20,000 nucleotides of DNA from an uncultured virus (IMG/VR IMGVR_UViG_3300018475_001996) (Duplodnaviria > Heunggongvirae > Uroviricota > Caudoviricetes), in IMG/VR virus record IMGVR_UViG_3300018475_001996, positions 116,627 through 136,626 of that record; one strand, 5' to 3'. Of this stretch, positions 7,071 to 16,231 are shown in pieces. A program made the translations under genes and the position numbers. A model generated the notes under the pieces. The model ran no database searches. It saw only the letters and a list, made by a program, of their open reading frames with translations, and was not told the origin of the DNA. How positions within the stretch are numbered: the stretch's first letter is position 1; each line of letters starts with the position of its first letter.

Positions 7071-7807
7071 TACTTTTTCCTCGACCAGTAGATGTTAAGT
7101 TTAATATCGTCTTCGCGGAGCTGCTCGAACTTCATGAGACCACGCTTGGCCACTGTGATGTTGTAAGCTGCAGACGGAAGAGTGTTAATACCACGAATAG
7201 GAACCATGAAATCAAACGGGATTTCAACATCGTTCTTAAGGTCATACTGTGCACTGTAGGTATCGCCGCTGAACATACTTGTCAGGTTGGCCGTGCAGGT
7301 CTTACCTTCGAAATGGAACTGGATGGTATCTGCCTTGATGAGGGAAACCATCGAGCTGAGATCGTTTACGTCTGATTCGGAGAAATAGAGTTCTGCATCG
7401 GCTGCCGGCATGTTAATCTGGTTGAACTGCGGCTTGGAGAGAACTTCAGGCATACCGAGCTTGTTGACGAAATGGCGGGCATCGATACTGGAAGCGATGT
7501 TCAAGATATAGGGCTCGCCGGATTCATTAACGTCGATACTGAGCTTTGGCGTATTTGAGACAGCAGGATCCTTGGACGGTTTATCGAAAATATCAAAATA
7601 CTTCTTGAAAGTAGAGAAGTTGAAGAAACCAATCTTTTCACCCGGGAAATCGAAATACGAGAGCGGAGCCGTGAGGGTGAAGCAGACATTGAGCTTGTCA
7701 TCGTTGGCACGCATCTTGAATACTTCACCATCCTTTTCCATAACCAGCTGTTGCTGAATATTTGAAAGCTGGGAAATCAAGTTAATAAGGTTTTTATTAT
7801 AATTCAT
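7070..7807 (-). CDS. gp45: sliding clamp (T4 gp45-like)
   Basis: 245 aa and upstream of gp44. The N-terminal helix LINLISQLSNIQQQLVM and the IGFFNFSTF pattern resemble gp45. Confidence 0.7.
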   Translation of the reverse strand: MNYNKNLINLISQLSNIQQQLVMEKDGEVFKMRANDDKLNVCFTLTAPLSYFDFPGEKIGFFNFSTFKKYFDIFDKPSKDPAVSNTPKLSIDVNESGEPYILNIASSIDARHFVNKLGMPEVLSKPQFNQINMPAADAELYFSESDVNDLSSMVSLIKADTIQFHFEGKTCTANLTSMFSGDTYSAQYDLKNDVEIPFDFMVPIRGINTLPSAAYNITVAKRGLMKFEQLREDDIKLNIYWSRKK

Positions 7808-7834
7808 GTAAACTTTTCCTTAACGTTTGCATAA

Positions 7835-7857
7835 AATATAGTAAAAATTCTATTAAG
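7835..7857 (-). promoter_or_regulatory. putative promoter lacking a -35: CTTAATAGAATTTTTAC-TATATT
   Basis: TTTACTATATT -10 box shared with other promoters, with the core motif upstream. SD AGGA precedes the gp45 ATG. Confidence 0.6.
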
Positions 7858-8638
7858 CTTTTTTCCTGTTGTCAAAATATTCCAGGAATTTCTTGGAGTA
7901 ATCCTGACAGAGATAGATTTCCGATTTAGAAGTTTCCTTATTCGGAATCTGTACGAGCATCATCTCGCCAATCTTGATAGACGGACAATGTTTTTCCAGG
8001 ATCGCCTTATACATTGACAGCTGCATACTATAATGTACACAGTTACAGTCATCTTCGGTTTCGAACGGAGCTTTCATCTTCTGGAATCTATTACTATGTT
8101 CGAACTTCTTGGATGTCTTCCAGTCAAGAATAGAATAACAGTTCTTCACGGTATTATAGCATAGGAAGTCGATAGTACCAACCAGACCCCAATCGCGGTC
8201 ATACACGATGAATTCGTTTTTCAACGGAATATAACGTTCCTTGAGTGTACTGATCAGAGCCTTTGCTTTCTTCTTTCGCCAGGCGAAGTCTTCAGGCATG
8301 CCTTCATACTGTTCAAGGAGATGCTGGTCAGGATAGAATTCCTTGTTCTGCCATTCGTATTCGGCTACGCTATGAACAGCAGTACCTAGAGTACATGCGT
8401 AACTGCCAGCAGCATCCCATTCGGCACGGATGTCCTTTACGTCCTTACCGAAGTATTTTCCGCCGGCCTTCTTACTTGCACGTTCGGCGATCATGTCCCA
8501 ATCCTTATCCGGTTCGAAGTTCTTGATAAAGGTCGTAACCGAAGTGAACTTGGTACCGTATGAGTCAGTATACTTGTGGCCTACTTCTTCGAAATGAATA
8601 TCATTAAATGCAGTCCATAATTCTTTAAAGAGTTCCAT
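7853..8638 (-). CDS. PD-(D/E)XK exonuclease (RecB/Cas4-like fold)
   Basis: SVTT, GTAVH, GTIDFL, LDWKTS and QLSMY motifs. Confidence 0.85.
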   Translation of the reverse strand: MELFKELWTAFNDIHFEEVGHKYTDSYGTKFTSVTTFIKNFEPDKDWDMIAERASKKAGGKYFGKDVKDIRAEWDAAGSYACTLGTAVHSVAEYEWQNKEFYPDQHLLEQYEGMPEDFAWRKKKAKALISTLKERYIPLKNEFIVYDRDWGLVGTIDFLCYNTVKNCYSILDWKTSKKFEHSNRFQKMKAPFETEDDCNCVHYSMQLSMYKAILEKHCPSIKIGEMMLVQIPNKETSKSEIYLCQDYSKKFLEYFDNRKKA

Positions 8639-8645
8639 ATATTAC

Positions 8646-9506
8646 CTATTTTAAATTCATCCATTCTCTTTCGAGGCGATCCAGCTGATGATTGTAAGAC
8701 GAGTCCGCCCATGTCGGCATAATCTGTTTGAAATCGGAATAGGTGCCGCCGATATGTTTCCACCAGCAGGCGAGCGCGAATATTTGGTTATGCCTTGTTC
8801 CTTCGGGAGCTGATTCAATTGTTTTCTCTACGTATTCTTTAGCCTTGGTAAGATCGCCTGTCTTATTACGCTTACGAGACTTCATGTACGATGCTTCAAG
8901 ATCTCTTAAGTAATTCTGTTGACGCCATTCGCATTCGTTGTAAGCCTGTTCAAAGAATTCGATTTCCTCGAAAGGATTAAACTTCTTTCCGTTGTTAATC
9001 TTATAATAATACGGCGAGCCTTTAGACTTGACCGCCGGGCACTTGAAGAACTGTGCTCTGACGAAAGATGCCGGGTCAACATGGTCGAAGAAATCAATTA
9101 AGTAGAAATACGGGCTCCACTGTTTCTGTGATCCCTTGAAGAAAAATCTATTAATCTCGTATTCCTTGTCCAAGAACAGAAGGACACGGAACTTCTGATT
9201 CACACCGTCATAAGAATAACTGGTGTGCAGAATGTACCTGTAGTCCCTGAATCTGTTTTGGAATTGTTCGATTGTATACTCTGTAGAGTCATAGTCCAAC
9301 ATGAGAATATCGGTAGAACCCATATTCTCTGTGCAACGTTTCTCTCCTTTCATCGAACAGAACTTCCACTGTGGTATCTTAGACTTGTCTTCGACTACCA
9401 TAGGGTTCATGATCGCCTTGATTGTATTCTCGGCGACAGCCTTGTTCCATTCGATAGGCTTGCACTTGTTGTCGAACTGATTTTTAATCGTTTGAATATA
9501 CCGCAT
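8646..9506 (-). CDS. archaeo-eukaryotic primase (AEP/PrimPol)-like protein with PriCT-like C-terminus
   Basis: LMLDYD (motif I DxD), LHTSYS (motif II-like), KFRVLLFL and C-terminal GTRHNQIF (GxRN-like). Confidence 0.65.
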   Translation of the reverse strand: MRYIQTIKNQFDNKCKPIEWNKAVAENTIKAIMNPMVVEDKSKIPQWKFCSMKGEKRCTENMGSTDILMLDYDSTEYTIEQFQNRFRDYRYILHTSYSYDGVNQKFRVLLFLDKEYEINRFFFKGSQKQWSPYFYLIDFFDHVDPASFVRAQFFKCPAVKSKGSPYYYKINNGKKFNPFEEIEFFEQAYNECEWRQQNYLRDLEASYMKSRKRNKTGDLTKAKEYVEKTIESAPEGTRHNQIFALACWWKHIGGTYSDFKQIMPTWADSSYNHQLDRLEREWMNLK

Positions 9507-10353
9507 CTACAGCCAACTGTAATCTATTAAGTACGATCATTATGTCGTCGTTATACTTGAGCGGAATTCCACCAGCATGTGCGTGACCGCCGCCGACATT
9601 CATAATCTTGAACACCTTTGTAAGGTCGATTTCATTGCAACGGATAGAGAGGGCGTTCTTGTTCTTGATTGCGAACCACTTATAGCCTTCCTTCTTGAGT
9701 TCCTCGACACATTCGTTCATGAATCGGTCTGTCTCGAAGAACGCGCCGTTGTTAGAGAGGTCGGAGATTTCAAGGTTAGCATAAAGCTTTTTGAATTCGG
9801 CCTGAGCATCAATTAAGTATTTTTGTTCTTCCGGGTAGAGCTTCGTATTTCCATTAAGGAATCTGCGGGTAAACCACTTAGGACCCATTTCCCAGTAAAT
9901 GTTATTGAAGAATCGCGATCTCTTGTCTGACAGGATGAACATATCCCAGTCGTTCGTGATGTTAATGAGGTCGTCAAGGTAGGAAATATCTTTAAAGGTC
10001 TTGACGAATCTGTAGGTGAGCATCGCGCCGCAAGCAGAAGTATTAATGATAACTGTCTTGTTGTCGTGGTATTTCTGTGCGGTCTCGTGGTGGTCCAGTA
10101 CAAGAACGTTCGGGAAAGCTTCGCGAATCTGCGACATGGTTAGAGACGGATAGAAATCGGTGATGATAACCAAATCAACCTTATCCTTGTACTTGGCGAT
10201 CACGTTTGTAATAACACGTTCTTCTGACTGGTATGTAATATATTCGGTTTCAATGTCCTTATAGAAGTTACGAAGGACAATGTTAGACGATACACCGTCG
10301 AGGTCAGAATGTGTTAAGTTTAAAATTTTTAATTCGGGATTATTATAATTCAT
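9484..10353 (-). CDS. DHH/DHHA1 family phosphoesterase
   Basis: THSDLDG, ITDF, LDHH and GGGHAHAGG motifs. Confidence 0.92.
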   Translation of the reverse strand: MNYNNPELKILNLTHSDLDGVSSNIVLRNFYKDIETEYITYQSEERVITNVIAKYKDKVDLVIITDFYPSLTMSQIREAFPNVLVLDHHETAQKYHDNKTVIINTSACGAMLTYRFVKTFKDISYLDDLINITNDWDMFILSDKRSRFFNNIYWEMGPKWFTRRFLNGNTKLYPEEQKYLIDAQAEFKKLYANLEISDLSNNGAFFETDRFMNECVEELKKEGYKWFAIKNKNALSIRCNEIDLTKVFKIMNVGGGHAHAGGIPLKYNDDIMIVLNRLQLAVDAVYSND

Positions 10354-10361
10354 ACTTATTA

Positions 10362-10382
10362 AATATAGTAAATTTTATTAAG
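10362..10382 (-). promoter_or_regulatory. putative promoter CTTAATAAAATTTAC-TATATT, 8 nt before the DHH ATG
   Basis: Shared TTTACTATATT box downstream of a terminator, with a core-motif variant upstream. Confidence 0.6.
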
Positions 10383-10411
10383 GTTGTATACCGTTATAAA
10401 AATATAATCTG

Positions 10412-10443
10412 AAAAAGGGATAACACCTTTCGATGTTATCCCT
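10412..10443 (-). terminator. intrinsic terminator after gp32
   Basis: 10-bp stem AGGGATAACA/TGTTATCCCT with a T run on the minus strand. Confidence 0.85.
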
Positions 10444-10486
10444 CCCACATATAAACAGCGAACTAACTTAAGAGGTAATCAGAACT

Positions 10487-11653
10487 TTACTGTCCGTTCA
10501 CAAGACGAGTAAAGAAATCATCCTGGTCTTCAGCTTCTTCGAACGGACCGTTAGATCCGAGCGGAGCGGAAGTTGCCGGTGCAGGAGTAGACGGAGCAGC
10601 CGCCGGCTTTGCACTAAACATCATACTGTCATCAGATTCGACTGTAATGGCCGGTTCAGTCTTCTTGGTTTCAAGAACAGTACCGGTAAACATTTCGTCA
10701 TCTTCAGTCTGAACCTTACTTGCAGGCTTTGCAGCCGGAGCGGAGCTGACTTCGATATTGTCGAGTTCAGAAGCGAGGTCGATACCGCACTTGCTATTGA
10801 CACGTTCAATAACCTGCTGGAAGGTCCAAAGCTTTTCAACCTTACGCGGAAGGTTAGCCAAAGTATAAAGCTTGGATTCGATAACTGCAATTTCTTCAGC
10901 GGTCAAACCAATCTTCTTGTTGTACGGAGTACCATTGGCCATAACTGCAGGTTCAATACGGCAGATACGGATCGGCTTGGTGAAGTTGGAATTGGAATAA
11001 TCCGGACCATTGGAACCCGGTTCAGCCTGCCAAACGAAGTTAGCACCCGGACGAGCCTGCTTGGAAATTACTTCAGGATCATTCGGTCCATAGTAGGAAT
11101 ACGGATTAATCGGCGGAATCGGTTCGCCAGTTTCATCATCGACTGCATCGGTAGTATTGACGCACTTATCGATAAGATCCTTAATCTGCTTACCGTACTT
11201 GAAGCGGAATACCTGGCCCTGAGTTTCAGGAGCGTTTTCGTTTTCGATAATCAAAATGTTACAGATGTACTGAGGACGAGCGGTAGCGAGCTTGTGCTTG
11301 GAATAGCCCTTGTCTTCGTTCTTGTACTTTTCATACATCTTCTGGTTGTATTCACAAACCGGGCAACGAAGAGACTTACCTTCTGCATCCTTGAACTGCT
11401 TGCGACACGGAACGGAATAAGACTTACCGTTGGTCTGCTTGAGCCAGTGATCGCGAGATTCTTCGACGAATGCTGTATCTTCGGCTTCTACAGGCGGGAG
11501 GAAGCGGAGGGTAATCTTGAACTTACCTTCCTTGTTGTACGTTGGCTTGAAAAGTCCCTCGATTTCGGTGAAGCTCTGCTTTTCACCTGTACCGAAATTA
11601 TCGCTCTTCTGATATGACGCGATGAGACTATCAAGATTCTTTCTAATTGGCAT
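10487..11653 (-). CDS. gp32: single-stranded DNA-binding protein (T4 gp32-like)
   Basis: LRFLPP, Zn ligands H…C…CPVC, YICNILII, FKYGKQI, GANF and an acidic C-terminal tail. Confidence 0.92.
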   Translation of the reverse strand: MPIRKNLDSLIASYQKSDNFGTGEKQSFTEIEGLFKPTYNKEGKFKITLRFLPPVEAEDTAFVEESRDHWLKQTNGKSYSVPCRKQFKDAEGKSLRCPVCEYNQKMYEKYKNEDKGYSKHKLATARPQYICNILIIENENAPETQGQVFRFKYGKQIKDLIDKCVNTTDAVDDETGEPIPPINPYSYYGPNDPEVISKQARPGANFVWQAEPGSNGPDYSNSNFTKPIRICRIEPAVMANGTPYNKKIGLTAEEIAVIESKLYTLANLPRKVEKLWTFQQVIERVNSKCGIDLASELDNIEVSSAPAAKPASKVQTEDDEMFTGTVLETKKTEPAITVESDDSMMFSAKPAAAPSTPAPATSAPLGSNGPFEEAEDQDDFFTRLVNGQ

Positions 11654-12269
11654 TGTTTACCTCATTCTTAAATTTTAAAATCAATTTAGACACCGTTATA
11701 AATCTCTTATACTCAATGTCCTTGACCTTTTGAATATCGACTTCGAACTTCTTGGCCTCAAGACCTTTGATGAAGAACACCGGGCTAATCTTATGTTCTT
11801 GACACAGATAGTAGGCGTTATTCTTGTATTCGTTATCTAATCCAAATAGTGTAAAATGTTTATCTGAAAATTCATTAAGACCAGAATTCTTTTCTTTAAC
11901 TAGATTGTTAATAAAGTTAGTCTGCTCTATAATTTCATTTCTGTTCGTAAATATAGCAAATTTTTGCAGGCATGATGCCCTGTTACAGTCCTTTAATTCT
12001 GGAAATTTCCCTTCTATTAAGGCTTTTATGAGAACTTCCATTGCCCATGTCTGAATGGTCATGACACCGCAACGGAATTCGTTGGCCAGGTTAATAGCAT
12101 AGTTGGACATGTACTGGACATGGTTATTGTCTGCTATGAATTCAGAGATGAGGAGATCTTCCGTGTTGGTCTCGAGAAGATCACGCACTGTGGAAGTATT
12201 AAATCTCTTCATGCCCCAAATTTTCTTAAGACGCTTATAAAGCGAATAAATTTGAAATTTATCGTACAT
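11643..12269 (-). CDS. putative helicase loader (gp59-like by position and size)
   Basis: 208 aa, basic, immediately upstream of gp32 as in the T4 33-59-32 order. N-terminal FQIYSLYKRLK is reminiscent of gp59. Sequence support is weak. Confidence 0.45.
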   Translation of the reverse strand: MYDKFQIYSLYKRLKKIWGMKRFNTSTVRDLLETNTEDLLISEFIADNNHVQYMSNYAINLANEFRCGVMTIQTWAMEVLIKALIEGKFPELKDCNRASCLQKFAIFTNRNEIIEQTNFINNLVKEKNSGLNEFSDKHFTLFGLDNEYKNNAYYLCQEHKISPVFFIKGLEAKKFEVDIQKVKDIEYKRFITVSKLILKFKNEVNNAN

Positions 12270-12667
12270 TAGCTAAAGAACTCGCTTAAGTCGTTTCTTT
12301 TATTAAGTTTATATTTTTCTTTAAGACCATTCATGAGAGAATAGTAATTCATTTCGTCAAGACACTTGATGGCCGGAGTTGGTTCGAGCCAGTCATCTAC
12401 GAGGAATCCAACACTATCAATAATCTTGATTTTGTTTTCCTTGTGGAGCTTATATAATATGTTGTTGAACTTATTATATTCGGCTGATTCGTTCTTGAGA
12501 ACTTTATTAAGGAATTTCGGCAAACGGGTTTCTTCGTCTATATCGTCGAAATCAATTCCCTGAGTCTTAAAGAATTTATATAGCTGTTCCTTCGTTTCGA
12601 ATACTTCTGTACCGTCGTTACACTCAAGCGAACCATCACATGCTTTGTATTCTATATCTTCATCCAT
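12269..12667 (-). CDS. putative late-transcription coactivator (gp33-like); start revised to ATG 12667
   Basis: GGAG SD at 12673-12676 and syntenic with T4 33-59-32. The C-terminal half (IIDSVGFLVDDWLEPTPAIKCL…NDLSEFFS) loosely resembles gp33. Confidence 0.4.
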   Translation of the reverse strand: MDEDIEYKACDGSLECNDGTEVFETKEQLYKFFKTQGIDFDDIDEETRLPKFLNKVLKNESAEYNKFNNILYKLHKENKIKIIDSVGFLVDDWLEPTPAIKCLDEMNYYSLMNGLKEKYKLNKRNDLSEFFS

Positions 12668-12677
12668 AAAAACTCCA

Positions 12678-14030
12678 TTAAGTAAAATCGTTAAAGTCAA
12701 CTTCATTAGTTGCAGATGTATCAGGTATTTCCGCGGCAGGTTCCATGATGTCATGTGCCGTTGTCTGTTCACTGTAGCTGAGATCCTGAAGTCTTTGTTT
12801 TTCAATATCAACACCAATCGTTGTTACAGTAGGACCGTTAATACCATAACGAGTCTTAACCAATGCAACCTTGTACATACCGCCAGCCTTTAATTCAGGC
12901 GGTTGCGTAATAGCGAAAATGGCGTCAGCCTTGGTAACCTGGTCGAACGAACTTGCAACGTCATCAAGCCCGATCTCTGCGGAACCGTAACCGCCACGGT
13001 TTACCTGTGCACCAGTAAGTAACGGGAAGTGGTACGTAGTCGCAATAGCACGCATCTGCATAGCAACAAGCATGAGACGCGTATTGTCATTCATGTCCTT
13101 ACCAGGTTTGCCGTTAGGAACCATACAACCGATATAGTCCACGATAACGACTTCAGGTACGAACTTGTTCTTCTCCTTGAGTTCCTTGATGTATGCGTTA
13201 ATCATCATAGGGTTGGTGGAGAATTCAGGGTAATGACGAATCATCAACTTACCGTTCATGCAGCGCTGCTTCATCATATTGAATCGCTTCATGAACGCTT
13301 CCTTTGTCATTGTCTTAAGTTCTGTCTGCGTAAGATCCATTAAGTTCTGGGCGATACGCTGATAGATTTTAAGTTCGGAATCTTCCATCGTAATATAAAG
13401 GACTCGCTTGTTCATTAGCAACAGGCTTGCTGCTACTGAACAGAATGAAAGAGTCTTACCAACGTTGGTAGGTGCGAGAAAGATAGTCATTGAGTCTTCA
13501 TGTAGACCGCCACCGATCATATCATCCATGGTCTTGACACCCATTGGATAAATCTTTTCGTTGGCAACAATGCCTTCATAAAGGAAATTCGGATTCTCAA
13601 GGAAGTCAATACCTAAATTGGTATCGAATGAAAAAGACTCTGCTGTGGCCATGTCATCAGCAAAGCTTGTATTCTTTAAACCTGTCCTTGCGTATTCTTG
13701 AGCACCATCAGTGACAATCTTAACAAGGCGGCGTCTCACGAATTCTTCAATAACGTTAATGGTGAAATCGGTAGTTACCTGTTCGTCAGGGATCGCCATA
13801 CAGGTTTCGAATTCCGCGACGCTTCGCGGATCTGTTAAGAGCATTTTCATCTCTATTGCATTGGGGCGTTCACCGTAATCACCGCGATACTTCATGATAG
13901 CGCGGGCAATATACTTATGGTCAGGATCGAAAAACCATGTATCGTTTAAAACCGGAATGACTTTAGATGCTATGCTTGGATTTGCATAAATTGCTTTAAT
14001 AATTATCTGTTCAAATTCTCTATCTGTCAT
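12678..14030 (-). CDS. gp41: replicative DnaB-like helicase (T4 gp41-like)
   Basis: APTNVGKT Walker A, ITMEDSE, VDYIG, GAQVNRGG and KTRYG motifs. Confidence 0.93.
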   Translation of the reverse strand: MTDREFEQIIIKAIYANPSIASKVIPVLNDTWFFDPDHKYIARAIMKYRGDYGERPNAIEMKMLLTDPRSVAEFETCMAIPDEQVTTDFTINVIEEFVRRRLVKIVTDGAQEYARTGLKNTSFADDMATAESFSFDTNLGIDFLENPNFLYEGIVANEKIYPMGVKTMDDMIGGGLHEDSMTIFLAPTNVGKTLSFCSVAASLLLMNKRVLYITMEDSELKIYQRIAQNLMDLTQTELKTMTKEAFMKRFNMMKQRCMNGKLMIRHYPEFSTNPMMINAYIKELKEKNKFVPEVVIVDYIGCMVPNGKPGKDMNDNTRLMLVAMQMRAIATTYHFPLLTGAQVNRGGYGSAEIGLDDVASSFDQVTKADAIFAITQPPELKAGGMYKVALVKTRYGINGPTVTTIGVDIEKQRLQDLSYSEQTTAHDIMEPAAEIPDTSATNEVDFNDFT

Positions 14031-14047
14031 TGTAGAATTAAATATAG

Positions 14048-14074
14048 AAAAAGAGCATCGCGGTGATGCTCTTT
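14048..14074 (-). terminator. intrinsic terminator after the AAA ATPase, abutting a TTTCTATATT -10-like box (14041-14046) for the helicase
   Basis: 10-bp stem AAAGAGCATC/GATGCTCTTT. Confidence 0.75.
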
Positions 14075-14105
14075 ATATATAGAAAAATCTGAACTTTGGT
14101 AAATT

Positions 14106-15686
14106 TTAGAATGCACCGAAGGCAAGTTCCTTCCAGTTCGGAAGATTTGCATAACGGAATTTATAAACATTCTGGAAAAGTCGGAAGGAAATTCGCTGAC
14201 CAGCAACGCGAGGATCCTTGAGGAAGGTATCGGAGCTGATGTAGTTGAAGACTTCCTGCTTGAGTTCAGGATTGGTAATGTCACGGCCACGGGTATCAAA
14301 TACTTCAACATGCGGGAGCATTGTCTGAATTCGAAGGATCACGTCCTTAGCGAGCAAGTTGATGTCCACGCTTGCGCAACGGCCAATCACTGCACCACCC
14401 GGGTCACGGGCTGCAATTTCCTGCTTATCCAGGTTAGAGATGAAAATGCATGCACCCTTGAACTGGAAGTAATTCGGAGTTCCAACCTTTCCCTTATGCT
14501 GTGCAGACCAAGCGGCAAGGCGTTCTTCGATTTCTTCATGAGTTTCACAACCGAACGTATCAACCATGTCAGCACCCTTGGTGTTCCAGCTGATTTCACG
14601 AACCTTACCGGAATCAAGTGCGCCTTTAAGAATATTAATACCGTCTGCCGTATCGAATACAGAGTCACAGTCATCGAACACAACAATCTTGTCGTAATTG
14701 TCGTAGAGGAACTTGAACATAGCAGAGTTGCTTGTCTTACCCTTCATGATAACGTAATCCTTACCCTTAGTACCATAGGCAGAAAGAATTCGGTTAACGT
14801 TATAAGACTTACCGACACCGCCCTGACCGGTAATCAATAAAGCCGGAGTAATACCACGGGCAACCATGACCACATAAGAATTAAGCTTTTCGAACACCGG
14901 GAACGGATCGGCAATAAGAGTCTGTGCTAGCTCGTCGTCATTCTTAACTGCAGAAGGATCCGGAGCAACTTCTTCCTTGGAACCAGGGATTTCGACAGTA
15001 TCGATAGTACCAGATTCTTCGGTTTCTTCACATTCTTCCGGATAGGAATCCTGGAGTTCAGCGCGAGTTTCCTTGGTAGCGACAGCAGGAAGCTTGTCAG
15101 CTTTCTGTTTCTTAACCATGGAAGCGCAGGCTTTTTTGATGAACGCAAGATTCGGCTTGACACACTGATCAGCAATATAAGAGATTACGTCTTCGCTGTC
15201 CATGTCGAAGGAATATACGAGCTTACGGACAGCTTCGAGCAAATCATATTCTGCCGTACCATCCGGAAGGATAATAACCGTGCGACGGTCACTTGAGATG
15301 TGGCCGTTGACTTCTTCATCTACAGAATTATCCATCTTGTTGAGCATCGGTAATATCCCGCTGATAGTTTTACGTTCACGTTTTACTCGGTTCGTAATAA
15401 CCAGTTCTTTATCTGGTGTCTTATCGAAGCCGAATTTTTCCCACTTGCTGAATGAGAAAGGCTTTCCATCCTTGAAGTTCATTCGCAAGCCTGAAGTACC
15501 AGAGATAAACAGAGGGCCAATAAAAGTTCCGAACTTGTTACGGAATTTCTGGGTATCTACGTAGACATACGTTTTATCATTAGTCTTGTCGTAGAGATCC
15601 ATGAAACTCTTCGCGAAAGCAATCGGTTCAATCGGTGTGTCTTTCTCTTTCGTAGCTTCAGTTAATAATATAGCAAATAGTCCCAT
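14106..15686 (-). CDS. P-loop AAA-type ATPase with long N-terminal region and acidic linker (start uncertain: 15695 TTG, 15686 ATG or 15602 ATG)
   Basis: GQGGVGKS Walker A, VVFDDCD Walker B, LKGALDS and IFISN. A GAGG SD 9 nt upstream of ATG 15686 favours that start. Confidence 0.8.
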   Translation of the reverse strand: MGLFAILLTEATKEKDTPIEPIAFAKSFMDLYDKTNDKTYVYVDTQKFRNKFGTFIGPLFISGTSGLRMNFKDGKPFSFSKWEKFGFDKTPDKELVITNRVKRERKTISGILPMLNKMDNSVDEEVNGHISSDRRTVIILPDGTAEYDLLEAVRKLVYSFDMDSEDVISYIADQCVKPNLAFIKKACASMVKKQKADKLPAVATKETRAELQDSYPEECEETEESGTIDTVEIPGSKEEVAPDPSAVKNDDELAQTLIADPFPVFEKLNSYVVMVARGITPALLITGQGGVGKSYNVNRILSAYGTKGKDYVIMKGKTSNSAMFKFLYDNYDKIVVFDDCDSVFDTADGINILKGALDSGKVREISWNTKGADMVDTFGCETHEEIEERLAAWSAQHKGKVGTPNYFQFKGACIFISNLDKQEIAARDPGGAVIGRCASVDINLLAKDVILRIQTMLPHVEVFDTRGRDITNPELKQEVFNYISSDTFLKDPRVAGQRISFRLFQNVYKFRYANLPNWKELAFGAF

Positions 15687-15697
15687 CTTTGTCAACC
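15667..15697 (-). promoter_or_regulatory. sigma70-type promoter GGTTGACA-N17-TATATT overlapping the ATPase 5' end
   Basis: TTGACA at 15690-15695 and TATATT at 15667-15672 with TTTGC just upstream of it, identical in form to the other four promoters. Confidence 0.75.
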
Positions 15698-15699
15698 TC

Positions 15700-16221
15700 T
15701 TAAAAGTGCATTTTATGTATTTCCATATATTTCGTTATATACAGTCTTGCCATGCGCTTGATAAAATTCTGCATCTGCACACAGTTAATCCTGCTGTTAC
15801 CGCAATAGTCCTTGGGGTTTTCTTTTATATATTCAAGGAAATCATCTGCGCCACGATCCTTAATCTGATTCAGGAATACGAGCCTGCATGCCGTGGTATT
15901 CGGCGTGGAAAAGATCTTTACCCTGCTGTAACGTACTGGATTGAACAATGCATCGTATGTAATCTTGAACGCAGTATCTAAGTCATCGGCATAATCCTTT
16001 TTCCTTTTCTCTATATAAGAAGCCGGAGCAACACTGTCGCGCTGCTTCTTATCGTTGAATTCCTGAACAATGTCCGGGCGATGCCATTCGCACTTGCGGA
16101 TAATCTCGTTATAGTACTCATAAGCCGGTAACGTGTTGTAATGTTCCGGGTCTATTTCGAGTTCGCTGTACATGCGATCGCCAAGTTTAGACTGTATAAA
16201 AGATACTAATTCGTCGTTCAT
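15700..16221 (-). CDS. hypothetical protein, 173 aa
   Basis: ORF co-oriented with neighbours and preceded by TATAAATA. No motif recognised. Confidence 0.75.
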   Translation of the reverse strand: MNDELVSFIQSKLGDRMYSELEIDPEHYNTLPAYEYYNEIIRKCEWHRPDIVQEFNDKKQRDSVAPASYIEKRKKDYADDLDTAFKITYDALFNPVRYSRVKIFSTPNTTACRLVFLNQIKDRGADDFLEYIKENPKDYCGNSRINCVQMQNFIKRMARLYITKYMEIHKMHF

Positions 16222-16231
16222 AATGTTATTA

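Noticed and set aside
12668..12817. N-terminal extension of ORF 12269..12817
   Set aside because: It overlaps the helicase 3' end. The SD-supported ATG is at 12667.
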